From: Mobula hypostoma
Taxonomy: Eukaryota
Direction of reading: 5' to 3'
Length of the DNA: 64,000 nt
NCBI RefSeq assembly: GCF_963921235.1
Contig: NC_086097.1
Coordinates: 141,486,001 to 141,550,000 of the forward strand
A program made the translations under genes and the position numbers. Shown one piece after another: positions 27,633-41,282 of the stretch (position 1 is its first letter; each line of letters opens with the position of its first letter). The notes beneath the pieces are model-generated. The model was not told where the DNA came from. It was given only the letters and a program-made list of their open reading frames with translations, and ran no database searches.

Positions 27633-27812
27633 CACTGGGAACAAAGATTAAACCAACAAAGGCAGTTGCGTGTTACTCAAGAAAGAAACGAAAATGCAGG
27701 ATACAGTAAACAGAGCGGTGGTCCAAAGATCGCAAAGAATCTGAGCCAAGTTCCTGGCATCCCTGGAAAAACAAACAAAAATAAAAGCAAGAAGAAAACC
27801 AAGAAACTATGA
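27633..27812 (+). CDS. SFRP4: SFRP4 exon 6 (basic C-terminal tail, TGA stop)
   Basis: CCTTAG|CAC, HWEQRLNQQRQLRVTQERNENAGYSKQSGGPKIAKNLSQVPGIPGKTNKNKSKKKTKKL*. The six exons sum to 1023 nt = 340 aa + stop. Confidence 0.92.
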   Translation, partial: HWEQRLNQQRQLRVTQERNENAGYSKQSGGPKIAKNLSQVPGIPGKTNKNKSKKKTKKL

Positions 27813-29536
27813 ACTGGAAAGTTTGTGCACTTGCATTCTGAATATCATATTTTGGCTTCAGAAGCATCAGTAAGCTATAGATCACTTCAATCTAAATAAT
27901 CCTGGCAGTTATTACAAAACTGCATTTTGAAATGTGTATATATCATAGCATCATCAACATCATAAAAAAGCTGGAGGTATAGTAAAGCAGGCATTGCTAA
28001 TCATAATCATTGGTTTGCTCAGCAATGTGGTTGGCACCTATGAATGTCCTGGTATTTCTAATTTCTCATGTTCCAAAGCAAGGAAACGTGTTTTTGAAGC
28101 ATTTTTGGCCATCTTATGGTCTTACGTCTGGCTGCCCTGCTACTACTGTTTGCTGTATTGCTTGTTGACAATGTGCCCTTTGAAAGTTTATCTCTACATC
28201 AGAATTATTTCTTCCATAGCATAGATATATTGCATTACTTATTTAAGATATTATTCTTCCAATGTGTCAGTTTAATGTTGAGAACCAGTAGATTATCAGT
28301 AAATGAAAATTATTCTTAAAAACTGCAGATGCTGGAAATCTGAAATGGAGCACTACAGCATAGTCTGTGCCTAAGCATTAATCTCCCTAGTTCCATCAAC
28401 CTGCACCCAGACCATAGCCCTGCATGCCCCTCCCATCCATTTACCTACCCAAACCGCTCCTAAATGTTGAAGTCAGCCCCACATCCACCAGTTCCGCTGG
28501 GAGCTCGTTCCACACTCTCACTGCCCTCTGAGTGCAATAGTTCTCCCTCAGGTTCCCCATAAATATTTCACCTTTCACCCTTAATCCATGACCCCTAGTT
28601 GTAGTTTCACCCAACCTCAGTGGGGGAAAAAGACTGCTTACATTTACCCTATCTATATCTCTCATAATTTTGTAAAATCGCCCCTCCACCTTCTAAATAA
28701 AAGGGAATAAAGTCCTAATCTATGCAAATTTTCTCTATAACTCAGGTCCTCAAGCCCTGGCAACATGCTTGTAAATTTCAGTCTTACTTACATCTTTCCT
28801 GTAGGTAGGTGACCAAAACTGCACACAATACTCCAAATTAGGCCTCACCAATGTTTTGCACTATTTCAACAAAACACCCCATCTCCTGTACTCACTATAT
28901 TGATTTATGAAGGTGACTGTGCCAAGAACTTTCTTTACAACCCTATCTACCTCTGTTGCCACTTTCAAGGAATTATAAATCTGTATTCTCAGCCCGCTCT
29001 GTCCTACCACACTCCTCAGTGTCCTACTGCTCACTGTGTGAGATTTACCCTGGTTGCCCTCCCAAGCTGCAACACATCACACTTGTCTGCATTAAATACC
29101 ATCAGCCATTTTTCAGCTTATTTTCCAGCTGGTCCAGATCTTGCTGCAAGCTTTGGTAGTCTTCCTTACTGTACATTACACTGCCGATCTTGGTGTCATC
29201 CACAAATTTGTTGATCCAGGTTACCACATTATCATCCAGATCATTGATATGGACGAAAAACAACAACAGACCCAGCACCGATCCCTGTAGCGTTTCACTA
29301 GTCACCAGCCTCCGATCAGAGAGGCAACATCTAGTACCATTATCTGGCTTCTCCCATGAAGTCAATGTCTGATCTAATTCACTATCTCATCTTGAATGCC
29401 AAGTGACTAAACCTTCTTGACCAACCTCCTGTGTGGGATCTTGTCAAAGGCCTTGCCTTTGTATCCATGTAGACAACATCAACAGCCCTGCCTTGATCAT
29501 ATTTCCTGGTAACATCCTCAAAAACTCTGTAAGATT

Positions 29537-29900
29537 ACATAGAAACATAGAAAATAGGTGCAGGAGTAGGCCATTCAGCCCTTCGAGCCTGCACCGCCAT
29601 TTATTATGATCATGGCTGATCATCCAATTCAGAACCCCACCCCAGCCTTCCCTCCATACCCCCTGACCCCCGTAGCCACAAGGGCCATATCTAACTCCCT
29701 CTTAAATATAGCCAATGAACTGGCCTCAACAGTTTCCTGTGGCAGAGAATTCCACAGATTCACCACTGTCTGTGTGAAGAAGTTTTTCCTAATCTCGGTC
29801 CTAAAAGGCTTCCCCTCTATCCTCAAACTGTGACCCCTCGTTCTGGACTTCCCCAACATCGGGAACAATCTTCCTGCATCTAGCCTGTCCAATCCCTTTA
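29537..29900 (-). mobile_element. Young CR1 3' fragment, nearly identical to the 3' end of the 42326-45921 element
   Basis: ORF 29629..29892 is almost the same as the end of ORF 42421..43149; same CATAGAAA tail repeat. Confidence 0.9.
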
Positions 29901-29984
29901 GTTAGACATGACTTGCTACACACAAAATAATGTTGACAATCCCTAATCAGTCCCTGTTAATCCAAATACTGTATACTTTAATAC

Positions 29985-31617
29985 CTGCACAATGAACCAG
30001 AATTGATTAGAGACCTTAAGGTAAAAGAACCATTAGGGGGAAGTGATCATATATGATCAAATTCACCCTGAAATTTGTGAAGTCTGATGTATCAGTAATA
30101 CAGTGGAGTAAAGGGAATTAGAGAGGCATGAGAGAGGAGTTGGCCAGAGTTGATTGGGAAAGAACACTGGCAGGGATGATGGCAGAGCAGCAATGGCTGC
30201 AATTTCTGGAAGCAATTCGGAAAGCACATGATATATACATGCCAAAGAGAAAGAAACATTAAAATGAAAGATGACACAACCATGGCTAACAAGAGAAGTC
30301 AGAGCCAACATAAAACCAAAGAGGAGGCATATAATAGAGCTAAAATTAGTGGGAAGTTAGAGGATTGGGAAACTTTTAAAAATGAACAGAAGACAACTGA
30401 AAAGTCATTAAGAAGGTAAAGATGAAGTATGAAAGTAAGCTAGCCAATAATATTAGAGAGGATACCAAAAGTTTCTGCAGATACATAAAGTGTGAAAGAG
30501 AGGCAAGTGTGGATATTGGACTGCTGGAAAACAATGCTGGAGAGGTAGTAATGGGGGAACAACAAAGTGACAGACAACCTGAACAAGTATTTTGCATCAG
30601 TCTTCACTGCAAAAGACACTAGAAGTATGGTGGAAGATCCAGGTGTCAGGGGGCATGAAGTGTGTGAAGTTACCATAACTAGAAAGAAGATTCTTGGGAA
30701 ACTGAAAGGACTGAAGGTAGATAAGTCACCTGGACCAGATGGTGTCTACCCTAGAGTTCTGAAAGAGATGGCTGAAGAGATTGTTGAGGCATTAGTAGTG
30801 ATCTTTCAAGAATCACTAGGTTTTGGAACGGTTCCAGAAGACTGGAAAATTGCAAATGTCATTCCACTCTTTAAGAAGAGAGAGAGGCAGAAGAAAGGAA
30901 ACATTGGCCAGTTAGTCTGACCTCAGTGATTGGGAAGATGTTGGAGTCAATTATTCAGGATGAGGTCTCAGGGTACTTGGAGGTACATGATCAAATAGGC
31001 CATAGTCAGCATGGTTTCCTCCAGGGAAAATCTTGCCTGACAAATCTGTTGGAATCCTTTGAAGAATTAACAAGCAGGATAGACAAAGGAGAATCAGTTG
31101 ATGTTATGTACTTGGATTTTCAGAAGGTGCCCCACACGAAGCAGCTTAATAAGCTACGAGCCCATGGTATTACAGGAAAGATTCTAGCATGGATAAAACT
31201 GTGGCTGATTGACAGGAGGCAAAGAATGGGAATAAAGGGAGCCTTTTCTGGCTGGCTGCCAGTGACTAGTGGTGTTCCACAGGGCTCTGTCGGGAGTTAT
31301 TCTTTTTACATTACTTGTCAATGATTTGGATGATGGAATTGATGGCTTTGTTGAAAGGTTTGTGGACGATATGAAGATACGTGGAGGTACAGGTAGTTTT
31401 GAGGAAGTAGGGAGGCTACAGAAGGACTTGGATACATTAGGAGAATGGGCAAGGAAATGGCAGATGGAATACAGTGTAGGAAAGTATATGGTCATGCACT
31501 TTGATAGAAGAAATGGAAGGGTTGGCTATTTTCTAAATGGAGAGAAAATACAAAATCCTAAGATGCAAAGGGACTTGGGAATCCTTGTGCAGGATTCCAT
31601 AAAGGTTAATTTGCAGG
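29985..31617 (+). mobile_element. CR1 ORF2 fragment, frameshifted
   Basis: [32 protein letters not shown] motifs across ORFs 30422-31766. Confidence 0.85.
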
Positions 31618-31895
31618 TTACATGCCTCCTGCAGCTTAGGGGTGACTACTTCCTTGCAGCTTCTATCTATCACCTCCTCAGTCACCTGTATGAGTTGAAG
31701 GTTATCAATCTGCAGCTGCAGCTCCTTAACACAGTCTGCAGCTCGGTGCACTTTGTGAAGATGTAGTTATTAGGGAGTCTAGAGGTCTCCTGAAGTTTCC
31801 ACATCTCATGTAAGGAATATACCACTAACCCTGCACCCATTCTCAGTTCACTTGCTATGGACTAACAAAACAAAAGCTTACTGGAAACTTAATTA

Positions 31896-33517
31896 ATATA
31901 TTTTTCAGGCTTTACCCGTTTTTATTCCTAAATCCTTTTTTGACTCTCTTGAATCTATTTTATCCTCCTATATATGGAAAAATAAATGTCCTCGTTTAAA
32001 TAAAATTCATCTTCAAAAACCTAAAAAGTCTGGAGGTTTAGCCTTACCTAATTTTAGGTTTTATTACTGGGCAGTTAATATACGATATCTTATGTTTTGG
32101 ATATATTATATTAATTATGTAGACTGTCCGGTATGGGTTTCTTTAGAAGCTAATTCTGTTAATAAATTTTCTATTATTTCTCTTCTTGGATCCTCACTTC
32201 CTTTATTTGTAAGTAAACTAACTAATAATTTACAATTAAACATACTCTGAGGATCTGGATACAATTTAGAAAACGTTTTGGTTTATTGAGATTTTCCCTT
32301 TCTGGTCCCATTTATTCTAAATTTTTTTAAACTCTCTATGACTGATTTAGTTTTTAAAGAATGGGATAGGTTGGGTATTAGATGTTTTGGGGATCTGTTT
32401 GTTAGAGGAAATCTTTTTACATTTGTGCAATTGTCAGCTAAGTATAGCCTACCCAAAACTCACTTTTTTAGATATCTACAAATTAGAGACTTTCTAAGAT
32501 CTTAATTATGCACATTTCCTGTAAGCTCAGATAAGAACTTACTAGACGTAATTTTTAATTTGACACCTTTTCATAATGGTTCAATATCTAATATTTATGG
32601 TATGTTACTGGAGACGAGGAATGTTCCTTTAGACAAAATTGAGAATCTCTGGGAACAAGACTTACGGACATCAATATCTGAGGAAACTTGGAATGAAATT
32701 TTAAACTGGTTAATATGTCATTGCTATGTGCTCGCCATTCCTTCACACAATTTAAGGTGGTACATAGAGTCCATATGACTAAAGATAAGCTATCTCATTT
32801 TTATTTGGATATATCTCCCTACTGTGACAGATGCAATAATGGAGAAGCTTCATTAATTCATATGTTTTGGACTTGTCCATGTCATGAAAAATATTGGAAA
32901 GAAGTTTTTCAAACTTTTTCTTTACTTTTCAAAGTCAATTTTAAGCCTAAGCCTCTGACAGCCCTATTCGGTATTGTTGCAGGATAAGATACCACGTTGA
33001 AGACATCAGACTTACATATTCTGGCCTTCAGCTCTCTTATAGCTAAGAGAGTGCTTTTGTTTAAATGGAAAGATGTTTCTCCTCCTACTCATGCACAATG
33101 GTTATGTGATGTTATGTCATGCTTAGATTTAGAGAAGATTCATTGCTCAATCTCTGAATGTTGTCAAAACTTTCAAACATTGTGGGGACCCTTTCTGAAT
33201 TATTTTCAAAACTTTCAAAACCCTCAATTCGTTGTTTAAATTTAGATGATGGCTATTATTAATTTTTTATTATATGAGAAGGTACTTTAACTTTTTTCCT
33301 CCTTAATTAACAGCTTCGGTCTTGGTAGGGGTTAGACTTCTTTTGTAATAAATTAGTATATTTCAATATAACTTTGACTAACCTACATGAATATGGGGTA
33401 ATGAGATTGTTATCATGAATAGAAATAATGTAATTGGTAGTTGTTTTTTCGACCTTTATATATACTTTCTTGTACTCTGTATTCTTCTATGTAGAAACTA
33501 ATAAAAATATTGAAACA
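31896..33517 (+). mobile_element. 5'-truncated L1-clade LINE
   Basis: GGLALPNFRFYYWA and CDRC...ASLIHMFWTC motifs. AATAAA near the 3' end. 12-bp TSD GAAACTTAATTA at 31884-31895 and 33518-33529. Confidence 0.87.
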
Positions 33518-33737
33518 GAAACTTAATTAGAGCCTGTGTCTGTGTTTGTCCAAGCCTGTTCTTGTCAAAAGCCAGACCAGTCTAACACTGTCCCATTCAA
33601 ACAATGGCCACTCCAACAAATAAAAGTAGAAAATTCTGGAAAAAAATAAGCAAGTTAGGTGGCATATGTAAAAAGAGAAACGGTTAACCTTTCAAAATGA
33701 AGCCCATTATTCACACTTGTTTTTAATCTAGATACTA

Positions 33738-34286
33738 CACTCAGTGGCTACTTTATTAGGTACACCTGTACACGTGCTCATTAATGCAAATATCTAATCA
33801 GCTAATCATTTGGCAGCAACTCAGTGCATAAAAACATGCATATAGTTAAGTTATTGTTCAGATCAAACATCAGAAAGAGGAAGAAACATGATCTGTAACT
33901 TTGACGTGGAATGATCGTTTGTGCCAGATGGGGTAGTTTGAGTATCTCAGAAACTGCTGATTTTCTGGTGTTTTCACATGCACCAGTCTCTAGAGTTTAC
34001 AGAGAAAGCTGCAAAAAAAATCATATAGTGAGCAGTAATGCTGTGGGGAAAATGCCTTATTAATGAGAGAGTTCAGAGGATGATGGCCAGATTGGTTCAA
34101 GTTGACAGGAAAGACAACAGTAACTGAAATAACCACATGTTACAACAGTGGCGTATGGAACAGCATCTCTGAACGTGCAAAATGCCGAACCTTGAAGTGG
34201 ATGGGTTATAGCAGTAGACCACAACCACACACTCAGTGGCCATTCTATTAGGTACCCCCCATACCTAATAAAGTGGTCACTGAGTG
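33738..34286 (+). mobile_element. Non-autonomous Tc1-like element
   Basis: TIRs CACTCAGTGG.TACTTTATTAGGTA, TA at both flanks, degraded transposase N-terminal-like interior. Confidence 0.85.
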
Positions 34287-35266
34287 TATGTTTTAACTGA
34301 AATTGGATTTTCAAAGTTTGAAAAGATTACACCATTTTTTTATTTTTGCAAGATAGCACATTAATAAACACATAATTATGCCTAGTATTTGCAGAAATTG
34401 AATAAAATAATAATATTGGTACCTGAAACATAGTTAATAAGATGCAAAATAAAATGAACCTTTTTTTTTGAATTCAAAAGTGTAAGGTGAAAATTACAAG
34501 CACCAAGGAAGCAACAACTTTGGTTGTGGTGGTTTTTGTGGCATGTGATGATTTGCTCAGTGGACTTACTGGAACAGGTTTCTCTTTTTGCTATCAGCAA
34601 AGGAACCGTGAATCATAATGATGTTCATTCATTGATGGTTGACCTTCCTGCACTTGAAAAAATGAGTTTTGTGCCCTACCTAAGAGCAGCATTCCTTCAA
34701 CTTTTAAATTCCTAGAATTCAATATTCCTCTGTATAAAAATATGAAATAAACATTAATAGCAGATTTGCATGGTTCTTTTTTAAAAATCTTTTTTTCTCT
34801 ATGGTATGTTTTCAATTAATCTAGGGTCTCACTGTTCTGGTTTTGATGGTGTATAGAATAAGCACAATTTTTTCCCTTAAAAATGCAAGAAAAGTGTTCC
34901 ATAATAAAGAATTAAGAAATTAATGAAAGCTCTTCATTTGTGTGTATGTGTTTTTTTTAGTGTTCAGTTACTAACATGGTTTGTACAAAATATTTATCGG
35001 CCAAGTTTATGTAAATTTCCTTATTAATAGTAACTGCAATTAAGTTTGAAAAATCAGAAATATTTGGAGGACAGAACCATCTCTGTTCAAGACAAAGTAA
35101 CAGTAAAAAGAAATCTATGGACAAAGTTCATCAATAAATGAAGCATGGAATGTATTTCGATTAGAGGTTTGGAGAAATGTACATTCTAAATTGCTTGTTG
35201 TTTGACGAATGCATTAGTTACTCCAGGGATGTAGGTTCTAGAATACAAGCCTGATCTAACCACTGA

Positions 35267-37455
35267 TATAGATATAGAATAGAACAGCACAGTACAGGCC
35301 CTTCAGCCCACAATGTTGTGCCGACCCTCAAACCCTGCCTTCCATATAAGCCCCCACCTTAGATTCCTCCATAAACCTGTCTAGTAGTCTCTTAAACTTC
35401 ACTGGTGTATCTGCCTCCACCACTGACTCAGGCAGTGCATTCCACGCACCAACCACTCTCTGAGTAAAAAACCTTCCTCTAATATCCCCCTTGAACTTCC
35501 CACCCCTTACCTTAAAGCCATGTCCCCTTGTATTGAGCAGTGATGCCCTGGGGAAGAGGCGCTGGCTATCCACTCTATCTATTCCTCTTATTATCTTGTA
35601 CACCTCTATCATGTCTCCTCTCACCCTCCTTCTCTCCAAAGAGTAAAGCCCTAGCTCCCTTAATCACTGATCATAATGCATACTTTCTAAACCAGGCAGC
35701 ATCCTGGTAAATCTCCTCTGTACCCTTTCCAATGCTTCCACATCCTTCCTATAGTGAGGTGACCAGAACTGGACACAATACTGCAAGTGTGGCCTAACCA
35801 GAGTTTTATAGAGCTGCATCATTACATCAAGACTCTTAAACTCTATCCCTCGACTTATGAAAGCTAACACCCCATAAGCTTTCTTAACTACCCTATCCAC
35901 CTGTGAGGCAACTTTCAGGGATCTGTGGACATGTACCCCGAGATCCCTCTGCTCCTCCACACTACCAAGTATCCTGCCATTTATTTTGTACTCTGCCTTG
36001 GAGTTTGTCCTTCCAAAGTGTACCACCTCACACTTCTCCGGGTTGAACTCCATCTGCCACTTCTCAGCCCACTTCTGCATCCTATCAATGTCTCTCTGCA
36101 ATCTTTGACAATCCTCTACACTATCTACAACACCACCAACCTTTGTGTCGTCTGCAAACTTGCCAACCCACCCTTCTACCGCCACATCCAGGTCATTAAT
36201 AAAAATCACGAAAAGTAGAGGTCCCAGAACAGATCCTTGTGGGACACCACTAGTCACAATCCTCCAATCTGAATGTACTCCCTCCACCACCACCCTCTGC
36301 CTTCTGCAGGCAAGCCAATTCTGAATCCACCTGGCCAAACTTCCCTGGATCCCATGCCTTCTAACTTTCTGAATAAGCCTACCGTGTGGAACCTTGTCAA
36401 ATGCCTTACTAAAATCCATATAGATCACATCCACTGCACTACCCTCATCTATATGCCTGGTCACCTCCTCAAAGAACTCTATCAGGCTTGTTAGACACAA
36501 TCTGCCCTTCACAAAGCCATGCTGACTGTCCCTGATCAGACCATGATTCTCTAAATGCCTATAGATCCTATCTCTAAGAATCTTTTCCAACAGCTTTCCC
36601 ACCACAGACATAAGGCTCACTGGTCTATAATTACCTGGACTATCCCTACTACCTTTTTTGAACAAGGGAACAACATTCGCCTCCCTCCGATCCTCCGGTA
36701 CCATTCCTGTGGACAATGAGGACATAAAGATCCTAGCCAGAGGCTCAGCAATCTCTTCTCTCGCCTCATGGAGCAGCCTGGGGAATATTCCGTCAGGCCC
36801 CGGGGACTTATCTGTCCTAATGTATTTTACCAACTCCAACACCTCCTCTCCCTTAATATCAGCATGCTCCAGAACATCAACCTCACTCATATTGTCCTCA
36901 CCATCATCAAGTTCCCTCTCATTGGTGAACACCGAAGAGAAGTATTCATTGAGGACCTCGCTCACTTCCACAGCCTCCAGGCACATCTTCCCACCTTTAT
37001 CTCTAATTGGTCCTACCTTCACTCCTGTCATCCTTTTTTTCTTCACATAATTGAAGAATGCCTTGGGGTTTTCCTTTACCTAACTTGCCAAGGCCTTCTC
37101 ATGCCCCCTTCTTGCTCTTCTCAGCCCCTTCTTAAGCTCCTTTCTTGCTTCCCCATATTCCTCAATAGACCCATCTGATCCTTGCTTCCTAATCCTCATG
37201 TATGCTGCCTTCTTCCAGCTGACTAGATTTTCCACCTCACTTGTCACCCATGGTTCCTTCACTCTACCATTCTTTATTTTCCTCACCGGGACAAATTTAT
37301 CCCTTATATCCCGCAAGAGATCTCTAAACATCGACCACATGTCCATAGTACATTTCCCTGCAAAAACATCATCCCAATTCACACCCGCAAGTTCTAGCCT
37401 TATAGCCTCATAATTTGCCTTTCCCCAATTAAAAATTTTCCTGTCCTCTTTGATT
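35267..37455 (-). mobile_element. 5'-truncated, relatively young CR1 LINE
   Basis: ORFs 37080..37382, 35664..37046 and 35328..35639 share one frame, separated by two stops. Full RT motifs ([14 protein letters not shown]). 7-bp TSD CCACTGA at 35260-35266 and 37456-37462. Confidence 0.93.
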
Positions 37456-37574
37456 CCACTGAGATTACCTCAGTATGTTCCAGATTTGTTGGTACACCTC
37501 TTCTTCTGCACACTATTTCCAGAGGGATTTTACGGCACGTCCTGAGATTATTTGAAAACTTATCCCTTCATAGG

Positions 37575-38400
37575 ACCATAAGACCATAAGACATAGGAGC
37601 ATAATTAGGCCATTCAGTTCATCGAGTCTACTTTGCCATTCCAACATGACTGATCCCAGATCCCGGTCGACTCCATACACCTGCCTTCTCGCCATGCCCT
37701 TCCATGCCCAGACCAATCAGGAAACTATCAACTTCCATTTAAATATACCCACAGCCTTGGCCTCCACCGCAGTCTGTGCACAGATTCAGTGCTGTCTGAA
37801 AAAATCTTAACTCTGTTCTAAAAGATTACAGCTCAATCTTGAGGCTGTGCCCTCTATTTCTGGATACCCCCCCCCCTCCCACCACCACCATAGGAAACAT
37901 CCTCTCCACATTCACCTTATCTAGTCCTTTCAACATTCAGTAGGTTTCAATGAAGTCCCCCTGCATTCTTCTAAATTCCAGTGAGTACAGGTCCAAAGGT
38001 GCCAAATGCTCCTCATATGTTAACCCCTTCATTCCTGGAATCATCCTTGTGAACCTCCTCTTGACTCTTTCCAATGACAACATATTCTTTCTGAGATATG
38101 GGGCCCAAAACTGTTGACAGTATTCCAGGTGCGGCCTGAGTGGTGTCTTATAATGCCTCAGCATGATCTCCTTGCTTTTATATTCTATTCCCCTTGAAAT
38201 AAATGCCAAGATTGCATTTGTCTTTAGCACAGATTCGAGCTGTAATTTAACTTTCTGGGAGTCTTGTATGAGTCTTTGTACTTCTGATGTTTGAATTTTC
38301 TCCCCATTTAGACAATAGGTAAATTGGAAGAATGGGCAAAAAGTGGCAGATGGAATACAGTGTTGGGAAATGTATGATACAGAAACAAAAGTGCAGACTA
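37575..38400 (-). mobile_element. CR1 3' part with a 5' inversion (38319-38400 on + strand)
   Basis: - strand YCLNGEKIQTSEVQR onward; + strand LEEWAKKWQMEYSVGKCM...NKSAD; CCATAAGA tail repeat. Confidence 0.75.
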
Positions 38401-38421
38401 ATATATGTTCCATATGCCACT

Positions 38422-38885
38422 TAGATTTACAAGGATGTTGCCTGGATTGGGGAGCATGCCTTAAGAGATTAGGTTGAGTGAATGCGGCCTTTTCTCCTTG
38501 GAGCGATGGAGGATGAGAGGTGACCTGATAGAGGTGTATAAGAGGATGAGAGATATTGATCGTGTGGATAGTCAGAGGCTTTTTCTCAGGGCTGGAATGG
38601 CTAGCACGAGAGGACACAGTTTAAGGTGCTTGGAAGCAGGTACAGAGGAGATGTCAGGGGTAAATTTTTTATGCACAGAATGGTGAGTGTATGGAATGGG
38701 CTGCCAGCGACGGTAGTGGAGGTGGATATGATAGGGTCTTTTAAGAGACTCCTGTAAAGGTATATGGAGCTCAGAAAAATAGAGGGCTATGGGTAACCCT
38801 AGGTAATTTCTAAGGTAAGGACATGTTCAGCACAGCTTTATGGGCCGGAGGGCCTATATTGTGCTGTAGTTCTCTATGTTTCTAG
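38422..38885 (+). mobile_element. CR1 3' fragment
   Basis: GLFSLERWRMRGDLIEVYK; TTCTCTATGTTTCTA tail. Confidence 0.8.
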
Positions 38886-40454
38886 GATTATCTCCACCTG
38901 CTGATGAGGTTTAGGATAAGTTTGAAACAGATGAGGAAAACCTTTTCATTCAGATGGTCGTGATCTTTGGAATTCTCTCTCTCTCAAAGAACTATAGAAA
39001 CATAATTGTTGAGTTAATCCAAGACAAAGAGTGATAGATTTCTGGATATTGATGGATTAAGGGATACGGGATCATTATCATCATCACTATGTGCCATGTC
39101 AGATGTCATGGGCGATCATGGTCTTTGACCATGATTGTTTTTGGCAAATTTATTGACCAAAGTTGTTTGCCATTGTCTTCTGGGCACTGTCTTGTCAAGA
39201 TAGGTGATCCCAGCTATTATCAATATTCTTCAGAGATTGTCTGCCTGGTGTAAATGATCGCATAACCAGGACTTGTGATATGCACCAGCTGTTTGTACGA
39301 CCATCCATCACCCACTCCCATGGCTTCACATGACCCTGATCGGGGGTGGGGTTGCTAAGCAAGTGCTATATGTTGCCCAAGGATTTGGGGATAGTGCAGC
39401 AAAATAGCACTGAGGTAGGTTATTAGCTCAAAGGCACAAACGCTCTACCCTGATCTTATGTTCTTTTATTCTTCTGCTCAATGACATTCTTGTGGCTGTG
39501 CTTGTAGGCTTGCTAGTCTCTCTGTAACTTCCTGAATAGTCATGAGCATTTTGCAGAAGAGATTTGTCATCTCTGTCATCCAAGATCCACCTATAACTTA
39601 ACATTTTGTGGCATGAAGGAAACTTTGAAAATTGTTACATAGAAAAAAGTTACAAATTCTAAAATAAGTGGATGGTATATTATAAATTAATAAATTGATT
39701 TTTCATCCACAGCCTCCAGCACAATAGGATAATGGCATCTTACGCTACATTATTCAATGATTCCATAGTTTGAAATTAAATCCCAATTGTTCAGGTACAA
39801 TGAGCATGACAATAATTCTCTACTGTAATTAAAATGTGAATGAAATTATCTGAGCATATGATAATGTCAGGAAGCATCAATGGAAGCAGAGGGATGGTCC
39901 GTATTTCAGGTCGAAACCCTGCATCAGTCCTGATGTAGTAGCTCAACCCAAAACATTGACTAAACTCCCCCCCCCCCACCACCACCCACCATCACAGGTG
40001 ATGCCTGACCCACTCAGTTCCTCCAGCAGTTTGTTTCTTCTAAAGAACTGTAACTGCCTTAACAACTTCCTAGTATTGAGACAGAAATTGGAAGCTCATC
40101 ACTAAGTTGGTGTAGACATAAACTTGTGTTCTGTCTTGCCAGAGTCTATCATCATTATGAGACATCACTATGCCCAGAATGGAATATTTGAATTGGAAAG
40201 TAAATCAAAAATGACTAATTCAAAAGCAATATTTATTAAAATTTGCCTGACTCTTCACAATAAAGGTCTTTGGCTGGAACAACAAGACAAGAACAATTCA
40301 ATGAACTATTTATACTTGAGTCATAAAGGTAATAATCAGATTTTTATAGTATTACTAATAAACTGTGGAAATGTTTAGATTTACATTTTTTATGGATTGG
40401 CCAATTTCTTTGAAGGACCATGAATGTTACTTACAACTAATGTAAAATGATATG

Positions 40455-40465
40455 TTTATTTTATT
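40455..40465 (-). promoter_or_regulatory. Overlapping AATAAA signals, candidate polyadenylation site of the NME8-like gene
   Basis: TTTATTTTATT on + strand, ~0.8 kb past the stop of the repeat exon; AT-rich context weakens this. Confidence 0.35.
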
Positions 40466-41282
40466 CTATTTCAATAATTATCTTGCCTCAAGTCTGTTTT
40501 CATACTTCCTGAACCTCGAGATTGCAATTTAGATGCCAGCTTACAAGTTTCAGATAAGTTTAGAAGTCACAAGAAATATTACTATTGGGGTTAATGATAA
40601 TATTAACTACACAGATGGAACCATTTCTATTTTAAGACTTGTAAGCTAGGAAGCTTTGATCTTGGCTACATGAATTAGGAAGTGTCCTCTGCGCCAGCAA
40701 TTATAATCAGCACCAGATTCAATTTGTTAGAAGGGAGCAGTTATGGTAATTGGAAAAACTATATTCAGATGGAAATCTAAATAAAAATAACTGCAGAGGC
40801 TGGAAATCTAAAATAAAAGCAGAAAATTCTGTAAACACTCAACAGTTCAGTCTGGGAGAAATAATGTTTTCTGGCAAAATAACAGTGACAGATCACTTCG
40901 CAGGAGAAGGTACTTCTCAACGGCTTTCATCAAAGAGTTTCATAGAACAGAAGCATTTTAATTGCCAGTATTAGTAATAGGTTTATCTTCAGTTACAACA
41001 TTAATGGGACCAGATGTAGCTTCATTATCATCAACAACAGATACTTCAGTAGGAGCAGGAACACCTTCATTGCTGGCGTCAGCAGATTCAATAGCAGCAG
41101 ATACATCTTCGTGGTCTGCATCAAGGGAATTCAATAGGAGCAGATGTACCTCCCTCATTAGCATCAGAAGCTTCAATTGGAATGGACTTATCTCCACTGA
41201 CAGTATCTGAGGGTATAATAGGAGCAGATTAATCTTCTGTATTGTATTCAGGAGCTTTAGTGAAATATCCTCCGTATTTGCA

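Larger units (their letters stand above)
28347..33617 (-). mobile_element. Internally deleted host CR1 (3' end, RT, ORF1 fragment, 5' end) containing nested insertions
   Basis: 3' part and RT at 28347-29980 (QGSVLGLLLF, FVDD). ORF1 coiled-coil fragment KELQLQIDNLQLIQ...EVVTPKLQE at ~31620-31751. Confidence 0.65.
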
